The translations under genes were made by a program, and so were the position numbers. A DNA stretch of 64,000 nucleotides from Mobula hypostoma (lineage: Eukaryota): contig NC_086109.1 in NCBI RefSeq assembly GCF_963921235.1, positions 18,602,001 to 18,666,000 of the forward strand, in the 5' to 3' direction. Under the pieces are notes generated by a model. The model was given only the letters and a program-made list of their open reading frames with translations. It searched no databases and was not told the DNA's origin. Shown here in pieces: positions 48,591 to 60,660 of the stretch (within the stretch, counting starts at the first letter, position 1; each line of letters begins with the position of its first letter).

Positions 48591-49109
48591 ACTAATCAGG
48601 AAACTAGCAATCTCCACTTTAAATATACACAATGACTTGGCCTCCACAGCTCCCTGTGGCAATGAATTTGACAGATTCTCCACCATTTGGCTGAACAAAT
48701 TCCTCCTCATCTCTATTCAAAAGGGACATCCTTGTATTTAAAAGCTGTGCCCTCTGCTGCTGGACTCTCCCACTATTGGAAGCATCTTCTTCACATGTAA
48801 GCTATTTAAGACTTTGATCAATCTACCTTCACCCACAGTGGGTGAAGGTTGAGAGATCAAAGCCCTAAATTTGGCTGAGAAGTCAAGGCAGTAAACATTA
48901 CCACCTTCCAATTTCGTTGCTTCAGTGTAAGCTCTGTGCAGCAATGTGTTTGGGAATTAAAATGTTGAATAAATTATTTATAGTCAGTACTGATTTCACC
49001 CAAATATAAAACATTGGCCAGCTTCAGTGACTTGGATAGGTCACAGTCCCATGATATCCATCTCACTTACCACAGCATCATGGGGCCAATATGAAGAAGG
49101 CAATTATGA

Positions 49110-50096
49110 AGGCTATAGGAGTTTGAGGACAGATGACATGCCACCCAAGATTCTAGCAAAATTTCTACAGAAGTACTATGGAGAGCATTCTAACTGGTTT
49201 CATTACCTAATGGCATGGTGAAGCCACTACACAGGATTGCGAAAAGCTTCAGAGGGTTGCATTCTCAACCATCTCCATCATGGGCACTAGCATGAAGGAC
49301 ATCTTCAAAAGGTGATGCCTCAAAATGGCAAAATCCATCATTAAGGATCTGTCATGAGCTCTGTGGCTTGCCGTAGAATGTTGAGCTTCTAGGCTTCTTG
49401 AGCACATGTATTTTACTAAATGTTATCTAACTAAAGCCATTAAGCCCCTGTGCTTTTGCTGTAATGTGGTCAAGTTAATTGTGACCGGCATGGGTTTCCC
49501 ACATTCTATGATTATTTACAGAGGCCCCTTGTTCAGTGCATTAGAGGAGTCATTGTGTTTGAGAGAGTGAATTGTCTTGCGGTGTGGCTCATTCGCTCCC
49601 CCAAGGTTCTGTTGATATTCCTGTGTCTAACCTCTTGTTTTCATCTCTTCCTGACGTTTCTCCACTCCCGGGTTGAGTCTTGAGCCTTGCATCTGCAGCT
49701 CCTGGATTGAGTCAGTGCCAGCAAACGCCGTGACAGGGAAAGCCTGCCATTCCTCCGCACCTGGGTCCTGTCCTCTGAGAGCACACAGTGACAGAATCCT
49801 CATCACCCAGGACATGCGCTCTTCTTACTACTTCTGTCAGAGAGGAGATGTAGGAGTCCGAAGTCACACACTCAACATTTTAGGCACAGCTTGTTACCCA
49901 CTGCCATCAGTTTTATGAATGGACAATGAACCAAAATCTATGAACACTATTTTTGCTTTCGGTTTGCAATACCTATTTAATTTAATTTTTTAATATATAT
50001 TTCTTATGGTAATTTATAGTTTTTATGTATTGTACAGCTGCAAAACAACAAATTTCACGGCATATGCCAGTAACATTAAATCTGATTCTGATTCTG
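49110..50096 (+). mobile_element. Rex1/Babar 3' fragment split by a solo LTR
   Basis: Coding end continues across the insertion; attaaatctgattctgattctg tail. Confidence 0.6.
49350..49793. mobile_element. Solo LTR
   Basis: TGTCATGA...AGTGACA termini; 5-bp TSD GGATC/GAATC (one mismatch). Confidence 0.65.
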
Positions 50097-51047
50097 TTTA
50101 AGGCTGGTTGCTACCATGGGCCAAATATTGTGGTTGTAGTTGGAAAGATGTTAAACTGGAAAACTTAAACTTCAACAAACCATATCTGGGAGGATAATGG
50201 AGTATAGTACCAGGGATGAAGAACATCAATTACTTGAGCAGAATGAAGAAGCTGGGATCTTCTCCTTGGCGCTGAGAAGTTTGAAATGAAACCTACTACA
50301 AATTTGCATTGTTACGCCACCTTTCACATCCCTTTGAGAATATCCCAATGAGCCTTACACTCAATGAAGCACTTGTGATGCATGATAACTATTACAAAAA
50401 AGGAAGAAAAAATGAAATAATAATAGAAAACGGTTCGGTATCAAGAGGTCACAGATTGAAAATAATTTGCACAAGGTTTAGAGGGAAATAAAGTATTTTT
50501 CCCACACTATAAGCCTATTGAGGTCTGGAAAATATGACCTAAAAGGATAGTGGAGAAAGGCATTGGACCTCTACTTCTAACTCATTTTCCGTCACATATT
50601 CCAAATGACAAATTATGTGAAGAGAGATGAGGTAATACCAGGCAGTTGTTTCAATTTAAAAAAATCACACAAGTGCTCTAGGATTCCATGATAGAATCAC
50701 TCAATGTATCAGGACCTATCTGTGAAGAGAAAGAAGACAAGTCAACTTTCTAGTCTGACTTCCGAACTGAACAAGTACAGTACATTTTTATTTGCTCCTT
50801 TCCAAGATCTCCACACTACTCTATCTCTGACCTTTTGTACATCCTTGATTTTACTCACCTCACTATTGACAACCATGTTTCCTACTGTTTTCTGGAATAG
50901 AATCCCTCAGCTCCTTCATAACAGTGTCATTCTTCCAGAACCTTATTCAAACTACTCCTGTGAATAACCCATGATCTCTGTCTGGATATTTTGTTATCTA
51001 CAAATCATATTTGGTACCTCTCCATGAAGCACATTGGAAAATTTTAT

Positions 51048-52260
51048 AAAGACCATAAGACATAGGAACAGAACTAGGACATTTGAGTCTGCTCCACCAT
51101 TCCATCGTGGCTGATTTATTATCCCTCTCAACCCCATCCTCCTGCCTTCTCCCCGTAATCTTTGACGCCTTTACTAATCAAGAACCTATCTACTTCTACT
51201 TTAAATATCCCTAATGACTTGACCTCCACAGCCATCCGTGGCAATGAATTTCACAGATTCCCCACCTTCTGGCTAAAGAAATTCCTCCTCATTTCTGTTC
51301 TGAATGGAAGCCCTTTTATTTTGAGGCCGTTAATGCAATAAATGTTGTTATTTTATGAAACGTGATCTTTTTTTTTACCAGTGTTGTGGCCTAGTTACTT
51401 GTAGGCAATCATACAGTAGGATCTAATACTTTTTGTATTGGTTCTTCGTCTAAGCACAATATTATTAATTTTCCCAAGTTTACCTAGATGTCACTGTGCA
51501 AGGTAAAAATCATTTTAGTCCTTGTAATATGTCTCAATATAATAAGAGCAACACTGTTAATTTTGATTGGCTTGCAAACTGTCCCATTATGTAAAACAAA
51601 CAACTCCATTATTTCAATAGCTTCATAATCTGTCTTATTATAATGAACACTATTATCTTTGATGGTTTAATAATCAGTTTCACTGCAAAAAATAAAGAAG
51701 TCTGCACAATGAGCATTTGGGCTGCATCCTCAAGAGATTTCTTCTAAGGTTTCAAAGAAGTTCCTTCAACTGGAGGTACTTATGAATCCTGATATAATTC
51801 CTTTGAACTTTCATCCTTCTGTAGCTGAGAATTCTACAGAAGATCTGGATGGAAGATCGGAGGGTGCAGAATTATACCTGCTGCTTAACACACCATCGGA
51901 AACATGGTTTAGACATGCTGAGCTGTTGGCAATAGACAGTAAATGGCAATATAACACAGGGCAGTAGAAAGAAAGTGACCTTCAGTACCATAGTTTTAAG
52001 GTGATTGGAGCAAAGTATAGGGGAACATCAGAGGTAGGTTTTTTACACAGGGATTCATGGGTTCATGGAACACCCTGCCAGGGGTGATGTGAGAGACAGA
52101 TATGTTAGGGAGATTTACAAAACTCTTGGATAGGCACATGGATGATAGAAAAATTGAGGGCTACAGTATGTAGGATGGAAGGGTTAGATTGATCTTAGAG
52201 TAGGTTGAAAGATCATGGGCCGAAGGTCCTGTACTGTGCTGTAATGTCCTATGTTCTACA
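51048..52260. mobile_element. Two CR1 3' fragments (51048-51330 minus; 51985-52260 plus)
   Basis: CR1 3' termini matching other copies in the window. Confidence 0.6.
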
Positions 52261-53175
52261 TGATATTAGAAATAACAGCAGTATGTAATGAAATCTCTAA
52301 GTTTCTTGTCACTAATAAGCAAGGCCTGATCTGCTTTATCGTCTTATGCTGCAATCAACAAAGGGATGCAACTATCCAGCCCTTCTTGATGAGGAGAATT
52401 ATGCAAACGAATTAAATTGGTATAGAAAGTGCAACCCATTTATACCACATAGCCAAGAAAGTCCTAGATCTTCTGGGTATTAATGAAGCTGGCAGCATCT
52501 CTTGTGGAATGGCAGAGGGACATCAATGAATCAAATTCATCAATAGATTTACAAAAGATACGCTGAGGCAGAGGGACTGAAGAAATTGCCCAGATTGTGA
52601 TCTGGTAATCGGGTGAAAGGCCACCAAATGACAAGAGCATTTCTCCTCCTTGTGCAGGGCTTTGGAGAAGATATCCCTCTACTGCATGCCCACCGAAATA
52701 AACAAAACCCTTCAGTGTGTTTCACCGCTGCGTGGTTGCGTCCAAAATGCCATCTGCATGCATGAAATGCATGTTTAGTTAATGAATGCTGTTGTATCCA
52801 CAGATATCAAAGTGTGTGCTGCCTTTCATCTCTCTCTCTCTCCTGCTCTCATGCTACTTTATCCTGTTTGCTGTGTTATTCATATATATTATGTGTCTTC
52901 AGAGAAATCAGTAAACACAATTTTGTTGTAGCTTCTTGATCCCAGAGGGAAGCTGGATGTGCTATTTAGACATGAAAGCAAATTAAATGAAAATAAAAGA
53001 TCCTCTGTGATTAGACATACTCAATTAAAGCAACTCCATTTTTCATTGTTTTCTTATCTGATCTTGGGAGACAAATATCATTGGCAATGGCAATGTTTAT
53101 TGTCCAATTCTAATTGTTAGAGCATTCACGAGGACAGCCAAGAGTCAAACACACTGGCAGATCTGCTGTCACATG

Positions 53176-53785
53176 CACTCAGTGGCCACTTTATTAGGTA
53201 CACCTGTACACCTGTTCATTAATGCAAATATCTAATCAGCCAATCACGTGGCAGCAACTCAATGCATAAAAGCATGCAGACATGGTCAAGAGGTTCAGTT
53301 GTTCATACCAAATATCAGAATGGGGGAAGAAATGTGATCTAAGTGACTTTGACCATGGAATGATTCTTGGTGCTTTATAGGGTGGTTTGATATATCTCAG
53401 AAACTTCTGGTCTCCTAGGATTTTCATGCACAACAATCTCTGGAACAGGGGTTCCCAGACCCTTCGGTAAATGGTCAGGATCCATGGCCTGAAAAAGGTT
53501 GGGAACCCCTGCTATAAAGTTTAGAGAGAATGGTATGGAAAACAAAAAAAAACACATCCAATGAGCAGCACTTCTGTGGGCAAAAATGCATGAGAGATCA
53601 GAGGAGAATGGCCAGACTGGTTTGAGCTGACAGGAAGGTGACAGTAACTCAAATAACCACACTCTACAACAGCAGTGTGCAGAAGAGCATCTCTGAATGA
53701 ACAACATGTTGAACTATGCAGTGGATAGGTTACAGCAGCAGAGGACCCCACCAGGTTCTATGGTGTGCCTAATAAAGTGGCCACA
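53176..53785 (+). mobile_element. Internally deleted Tc1/mariner element containing a hAT MITE (53446-53511)
   Basis: TIRs GTGGCCACTTTATTAGG / CCTAATAAAGTGGCCAC; MGEEM-like/CDLSDFDHGMILG HTH remnant; MITE TIRs CAGGGGTTCCCA / TGGGAACCCCTG. Confidence 0.75.
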
Positions 53786-54284
53786 GCAGGTAAGAGTGAC
53801 AAATTTCCTTTTTCTCAAATGGATATCACTGGAATAAAAGAAAAATAACTTCAATCCCGGTAGTGCAGCACTCTCTCAGGACTGTCTATTATTAGACTAG
53901 ATTTTGGGGTCAAGTCCAATGTCATCACTTATGGTCCTCTCAGTGTTGGCCCAAAACCATACAACTTGGTCTTCACCTAGCTTTCCCTGTGTGTGGGCTG
54001 ATAAAAAAAATGGATTGATTGCAACTCAAAATTAATTGAGCACAACTAGGATTGATTGCCTCATTACCCACAACTTCTGTTTGGCCCTTCATCAATTAAT
54101 TTAATTAAACTCCAGTTCCCAGCATTTTACAGATAAAATGCATCAATTTTAAGCCTTGTATCCATTAACCATATGTGAGAAAGAAAGGATTTGCATTTCC
54201 ATAGATCTTTTCAATATCTTAGTAGGTCTCAAATTGACTTATAGCTAAAGAATTATGTGTGATGTGCAGTCACTGTTGTAATGT

Positions 54285-55118
54285 TCAAAAGTTCAATAGT
54301 TTATTAGTTTCATTTAATATCTGAGAATGTATACAATATACAACCTGAAATTCTTAATCTCCGCAGGCATCCTCAAAACAGGAGAAAAACATTCAAAGAA
54401 TGAATGACAGAAAAAAACATAAGAACCGGAAAACCCCATGTCCCACTCCCATACAAAAGCAGCAACAAGCTGTATCAACCCTCCACCTTCCTCCTCCCCC
54501 ATTCTGACATAAAACACAGCATTCCCACCACCCACCATGCAAATAACAGCAAAGCCCCCAAAGAGTGATCATGGTCTGCAGTCCATCAAAAATTAATTGT
54601 TTACTCCAACATTTTGACATCCCACAGGCTCTCTCTCTCACTGACAAGGGAGAGGCAGATATTGCTTCTTAAACAGAGACAAGGAGACAACAGTCACTAT
54701 TTCGATGTTACAGTTAGTTTGAAGCATTGCTTTTTTATCTCGAGTCCCCCCCAACTCAAGAACTGGCAAATCTATTACCGAGTGCAGATTACATGACAGC
54801 CACTTGAGCAGTCCTTGATGATCCTGGTCCCGATTCGCTTCAGTACGCAACACAAGTGAGAATTCGTGTCCACAGGGCCACACAGACCCTGAAGGCGCCT
54901 GACTTCAGGCAGAACCTGGACGTGCCGAAACGCGGCTGGTGGCGAGCTCCAAGAATGGCAACACGCCATCGTGTAGAGCCACAGTCTTTGAGTGCTGCTA
55001 TAGACCAAAGATCCCGATAGGACCCAGCGACCCTGAAAGGAAAATAGAAACATTGGAATAGGAAGAATTTAACTGTTGTCCTGATAAACTGGGAGAAGAT
55101 GCTCTCTGGTGCCATATT
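54285..55118 (-). mobile_element. Long non-coding non-autonomous retroelement
   Basis: Minus starts aaatatggcacc, CpG-rich 5' half, G/T-rich 3' half, ends attaaa...aataaactattgaacttttgaac. Confidence 0.45.
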
Positions 55119-55424
55119 TAGCTCAGGCTAATGTAGGAATGGTGGTAGCCGGTTTTCACAAGACAAGATACCACAATCGTCAGTAAAATTATCAGCAGAT
55201 TATTTAGTTACTTATTTATTGAGAGACAGCGCAGAACAGGCCATTCTGGCTATTAGAGCTGCGCTGCCCAGCAACCTCCAATTTAATCCCAGCCTAATTA
55301 CGGGACAATTCACAATGAAGAATTAACCTACTAACTGGTACCTCTTTGGACTGTGGGAGGAATCCAAGTACCCAGAGAAAACCTATGCCTGTCTCAGAAA
55401 GGTCATGCAGTGTTCAATTCCATG

Positions 55425-55605
55425 CAGTACAGTCGAGGTTTCGGGCTGGGACCCTTCATCAGGATTCCAGTTCTGATGAAGGGTCTCGACCCAAAACCTC
55501 GACTTTACTGTTTTCCACAGATACTGCCTGGCCTGCTGAGTTCCTCCAGCATTTTGTGCGTGTTGTTTCGATTTCCAGCATTGGCAGATTTTCTCTTGTT
55601 TGTGA
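55425..55605. repeat. Inverted pair of Penelope terminal repeats, each with a hammerhead motif, beside a V-SINE (55200-55400, minus)
   Basis: Minus copy 55430-55467 CTGATGA A GGGT-CCCA-GCCC GAAA CCTC GACTG; plus copy 55468-55505 CTGATGA A GGGTCTCGACCC AAAA CCTC GACTT. Confidence 0.75.
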
Positions 55606-55760
55606 TTGGAATCATGGGTGCGTTAGTTGTTACGCAAATGACACAGTTCACTGCATGTTTCGATGTACATGTGATAAACGTACCTTCATCTGTTGTGGAG
55701 CAGACTTGATTGGCCAAATAGCCTAATTCCGCTCCTATCTCTAAATCTAATGGTCTAAAT

Positions 55761-55841
55761 TAGGGGTGCCCAACTTGGGGTCCACAGACCGCTTGCTTAA
55801 TGACATTGGTCCATGACATAAAATAGGGTTGGCAGCACCTG
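55761..55841. mobile_element. hAT-type MITE
   Basis: Imperfect TIRs TAGGGGTGCCCAAC / GTTGGCAGCACCTG; 8-bp TSD GTCTAAAT/GCCTAAAT. Confidence 0.6.
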
Positions 55842-56654
55842 GCCTAAATAAATCTGGACCTGAATCAGAATCAGAGACAGAGGTAGGTTCACTATGAATG
55901 AGTCACAACTGATGTCAAATCAAATATGCTCCTGTCCGTTCCACTGGAGCTGTTCATATGGGCTATTAGCCCTGCTTCTATTTTCATGGTTTTATTTCAT
56001 TAGTTAGGCTAGTACTGCAATCTTTAATTGAAGACGATAGCCTTGACTACAAAATTTGGGCTAATATTTGACAGTCCTAAGGGAGTATTGCACTGACAGG
56101 ATTGTAATATTTTCTCTTCTGCTCACTAATGCCCTTCGATACCTCATTTGGCATAGTACTTTGAAGTGATTGCCTTTTATATGTTGACTAGTGTGCAAAT
56201 GTTATGAACAAACCAAGCGTGGACACACCACTCTTCCGTAAATCCCTAATAGTTGGCGAGTTTGATTGACCTTTGGTCAAATGGAGGGAGAAGCACAATC
56301 TATATCATCATTAATAATCCTGACTCATACAAAGCAGTGGGAAGAGAGGAAGCATTATTCCCAACAGAAACTGCACTTGAACCTAATTGTCTCAGTCTTA
56401 TTAGAAGATGAATAGGAGAGAAGGCAGCTTGGCTACACTTACTCAGGTTTAGTAGTGTGGACAGTCTCACGAATATTAAAGAGGTACCGACATCTGCCAA
56501 TTCCCTCCCACAGCCACTTGTAGGTTCCGAGTAAGTGGTGTGTGTAACATGATGACAATGGTGCGATATGTGGAAATATCTCAAAGACAAAGTGGCCAGA
56601 TGCTAAAATAATCTTCCTTTCCTCAGCACAGAGAGACCTCAGAACTGTGCAGAG

Positions 56655-57390
56655 GAGAGGTTGTCAAGAAAACAACTTCTCCCTCAATGTCGCTAAAACA
56701 AAGGTGCTGGTTGTGGATTACAGGAGGAATGGAGACGGGCTAACCCCAATTGACATCATTGGATCTGGGCTTGAGAGGGTGAACAGCTTTAAGTTCCTCG
56801 CCACACACGTCACTGAGGATCTCATGTGGTCTGTGCACACCAGCTGTGTGGCGAAAAAGGCACAACCTTGTCTCTTTCACCTCAGACAGTTGAGGAAGTT
56901 TGGTATGGGCCCCCAAATCCTAAGAACATTCTACAGGGGCACAATTGAGAGCATCCTGACTGACTGCATCATTACCTGGTATGGGAACTGTACCTCCCTT
57001 AATCACAGGACTCTGCAGAGAGTGGTGCGGACGGTCAGTGCATCTCATGATTTAGGACATTTACAAGGACAGGAGTGTAAAACGGGCCCGTAGGATCACT
57101 GAGGACCCAAGCCATTCCAACCACAATCTATTCCAGCTGCTACCATCCAGGAAGTGGTACTGCAGCATAAAGACCAGGACCAACAGGCTCCAGGACGGTT
57201 TCTTGCACCAGGCCATCAGACTGATGAACTCATGCTGATTTGAGTGTACTCTATGTTACATTGACTGTTTTATTTGTTATAAATTACTATGATTGCACAT
57301 TGCAGATTTAGATGGAGACGTAACGTAAAGATTTTTACTCCTCATATATGTGAAGGATGTAAGAAATAAAGTCAATTCAATTCAATTCAA
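56655..57390 (+). mobile_element. Rex1/Babar 3' fragment
   Basis: NNFSLNVAKTKVLVVDYRR...FYRGTIESILTDCIITWYG; AATAAA then (TCAAT)n tail. Confidence 0.85.
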
Positions 57391-58005
57391 GCAACAAACA
57401 ATCTGCTGGAGGAACTCAGCAGTTCACTGAGTATCTGTTGATATATTAGGTTGAAACCCTACATCAGGACTATGTTTGTTTCTGGTAAGGATGTAGATGT
57501 CTCTTGACCCTGTTTCTTGTAAAAACACCATCTTTTTGCTCCCTGTTTCTCAGTCTCTGCTACATCACTCCCAAAATGAGACCTTCTATCTAAAATGTAT
57601 TTTTTTTTTCAAGAAACGTGGCTTCCCTTCTACGATAGTTAATGGAACCTATTCTTCCATCTCCTCTCTTTCTCCACATTCTGCACTCTGTTACTGCTTT
57701 TCCCTTGTACTACCTCGATGTGTGATGAAATCAATGACTTTTTTTTTCATTTTACCTTAGTACCAGTCACAGTTATGAACCAATTTACCAACTTTCCCTC
57801 CAAACAAAACAAAGATAGAGTTGCCCTAGTCCTCACCTTTCACCGAATGAGTTTCCACGTCCAAAACAATTGGTGCTAATGCAGTGTAACCCAAAACATC
57901 AACAACTCCTTTCCTCCCACCACAGATGCTGCTCAACCCACTGAATACCTGCAGAAGATACTTTGTTGACCCACATTCCAGCATCTGCAGTGTCCTGTAT
58001 CTCTA
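57391..58005 (+). mobile_element. Old Penelope-like remnant flanked by inverted terminal repeats
   Basis: PVSCKNTI...FFKKRGFPSTIV and NKDRVALVLTFH. Confidence 0.55.
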
Positions 58006-58127
58006 AGATATGCAGGTAAACCTGGATCAGAAGGCCATAAATGAAAGATAGTTATCGAAAATTCCAACGGAAAATTCAGTAGAAGGTTCTTTGGCAGAGA
58101 GTGGTACAAATGTGGAACTCACTATCA

Positions 58128-58730
58128 AATGCAAGAGATCCTGCAGATGTTGGGGATCCAGAGCAATACACAGAAAATGCAGGGGGAGCTCAGCTGGTTA
58201 GGCAACATCTATGGAAATGAATAAACTGTCGATGTTTCGAGCTGAGACCCTTCATCAGGACTGGAAAGGAAGGCGGAAGAAGGTGGGGGGAGGGTGATGG
58301 AGACAGGCTAGTAGGTGATAGGTAAAGCCAGGTAGATGGGGAGGGAGGATGAAGAAAGAAGCTAGGAGGTGATAAGTGGAAAAAGCAAAGGGCTGGAGAA
58401 GAAGGAATCTGATAGGAGTGGAAAGTGGACCATGGAAAAAAAGGAAGGAGGATGGGAACCAGGGGGAGGTAATTGGCAGGTGAGGAGAAGATGTAAGAGG
58501 CCAGAGCTAGAAAATACAGAAGAGGTGGCGGGGGGGGGAAGGGAAAAATACCGGAAGTTGGAAGAATAGATGTTCATGCCATCGGGTTGGAGGCAACCTG
58601 GATGGATTATGAGATGTTGCTTCTCCAGCTTGAGAGTGGCCTCATGTTGCAGAAGAGGAGGCCATGGACCAACGTGTCAGAACAGGAATGGGGATAGAGA
58701 TTGAAGTGGTTGGCCACCAAGAAATTCCAC
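58128..58730 (-). mobile_element. Penelope-like 3' end with hammerhead motif (58226-58263)
   Basis: GIY-YIG C-terminal remnant; CAGTC CTGATGA A GGGT-CTCA-GCTC GAAA C ATC GACAG. Confidence 0.75.
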
Positions 58731-58809
58731 TTTTTGAATGTCCCAAAGCACTTTATAAATAATTCTAGAGATATGACCTTATTTCCTCAGGTTATAAACT
58801 TTATTCCCT

Positions 58810-59170
58810 GGAACAAGGAGAATAAGGGCAGATCTTACAGAGATGAGGGGTATATGATGAACGCATGCAAGCTTTTCCCCCTCATAATGGAGGTCATAGG
58901 TTTAGAAGGAAAGGTGAAACATTTAAGGGGAATCTGAGAGGGAAGTTCTTCACACAAAGAGTGGTGTGATTGTGGAATGAGCTGCCAGCAGATGTGGTAA
59001 AATCAGGTTCAATTGTACAATTTAAGATAAGTTTGGATAGGTACATTGATGGGAGGTGTTTGGAGGACTATGCTTCGGGTGCAGGTAGATGGGACTAGGT
59101 AGAAGCTCAGGTTGGCATGGGCCAGATGGGCCAAAGGGCCAGTTTCTGTGCTTCAGTACGCCATAGTATA
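58810..59170 (+). mobile_element. CR1 3' fragment
   Basis: ttcttcacacaaagagtggtg...tggaatgagctgcca and CR1 3' UTR. Confidence 0.6.
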
Positions 59171-60361
59171 TGGCTTTTCAAGTATAGTCACTATTGTATT
59201 CTCAAGAGCTATAACCAATCAGTGCCCAGAAGGTCTGTACAAACAGGAGAGGGCTTTAAGTGACCAAATGATCTGATTTATTTGATGTTGCTTGTCAGCA
59301 ATATTGTCTGAGCAATAAACTCGTAGGATAAATTATTTGCTCTCCCACGATTTAGTGTCATTAGATATAAGATAAACAAATGGGGGAGGAAAGATCAACA
59401 TGTTATGGTTGATACATCTTAGAAGTGAAAAACAGAACAAAAATTTGAGTTAGGAACTTGGCAAACTTTCTCCTGGAAATATGGATTCAAAACCCATTCC
59501 AGGAGGATGAGGTGAGATTATTTTTCTTACCAGTGTGCAGACATAATAAGAAACTAATTTGGTTGAAAGTAACTATCTATATTTTGAGAGTGTTTGCAAA
59601 TACGAAAACTGCCAGAAAGAGAAGTTAATGTGTGTCAACGTGGATAAAGAAACTGAAATTCAGTGTTACCGATTCTGGGATTGGAGTTAAGTCATGAAAA
59701 TGTTTAACTCAAGAGAGAGCTTTAATTTTCTTTGTTACACCTAATCAGGAGCGTTTACGGAGGAGGGACAGAGGGAGGTTTACCCTGGAAATAACTCACA
59801 CTTTCCCCCTTTGGGAATGTTTGATTGGATGTACAGGGAATTTGATTCTCTCTCTCTAACCCATTCTGTTCCTTAAACAAGCAGTGTTTCATGGGATAGT
59901 ATAACTTTACTCTATATCGAACCTATGTTACAGTTCTCCTGGGAACAAGGCAGTGGGAGAGTTATTCCATGTTCCTGAGCATGCAGAGGGAGCGTATGCA
60001 GAAAGTTTTCCTCCATTTAATTTAACGCAGTATGTGACCAAAGAGCACTTGTCATGAATATATTTATAAACCTCTAATGCCTGGCACTGAGAAACTCAAA
60101 TTAATATATTAACTCTCAGGAAAAATAGAAACAAGGAAGGTTGAGGAGCTTTTAGTACATGTTGGGAACCTACGTGATCTTCTTTAGACTCTTCAATTCT
60201 ATATCTTCTATCTGCTGCACCATCAAAAGCTTCCCTTTAGTATCAGTTGAAAATATTATCATTGATGCTTTTCTTCTTTCCCTCAAGCACTGCAGAAAAT
60301 CACTCTGTCCCATATTGGTCTTCCCATTTCTCCTTCCTGATTTCGGCTCACTCATATTCAC

Positions 60362-60642
60362 TGGGGTAGCATGGTAGCATATTGGTTAGCACAGCGCTTT
60401 ACAGTACAGGTGATGTGGGTTCAATTCCCGCTACTGCCTGTGAGGATTCTGTACGTTCTCCCTATGACCGTGTGGGTTTCCTCCGGTCCCCCCCGCCACC
60501 ACCCCCACAATCCAAAGATGTACCAGTTGGTAGGTTAATTGGTCATTGTAAATTGTCCCTTGATTAGGCTAGGGTTAAATTGGGGGTTGCTGGGTGTTGC
60601 GCCTCGAAGGATTGAAAGGGCCTATTCCTCGTTGTATCTCAA
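60362..60642 (+). mobile_element. V-domain SINE
   Basis: tRNA head with GGTTCAATTCC; V core gtacgttctccctatgaccgtgtgggtttcctccgg. Confidence 0.75.
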
Positions 60643-60660
60643 TAGATAGATAAGTAGATA

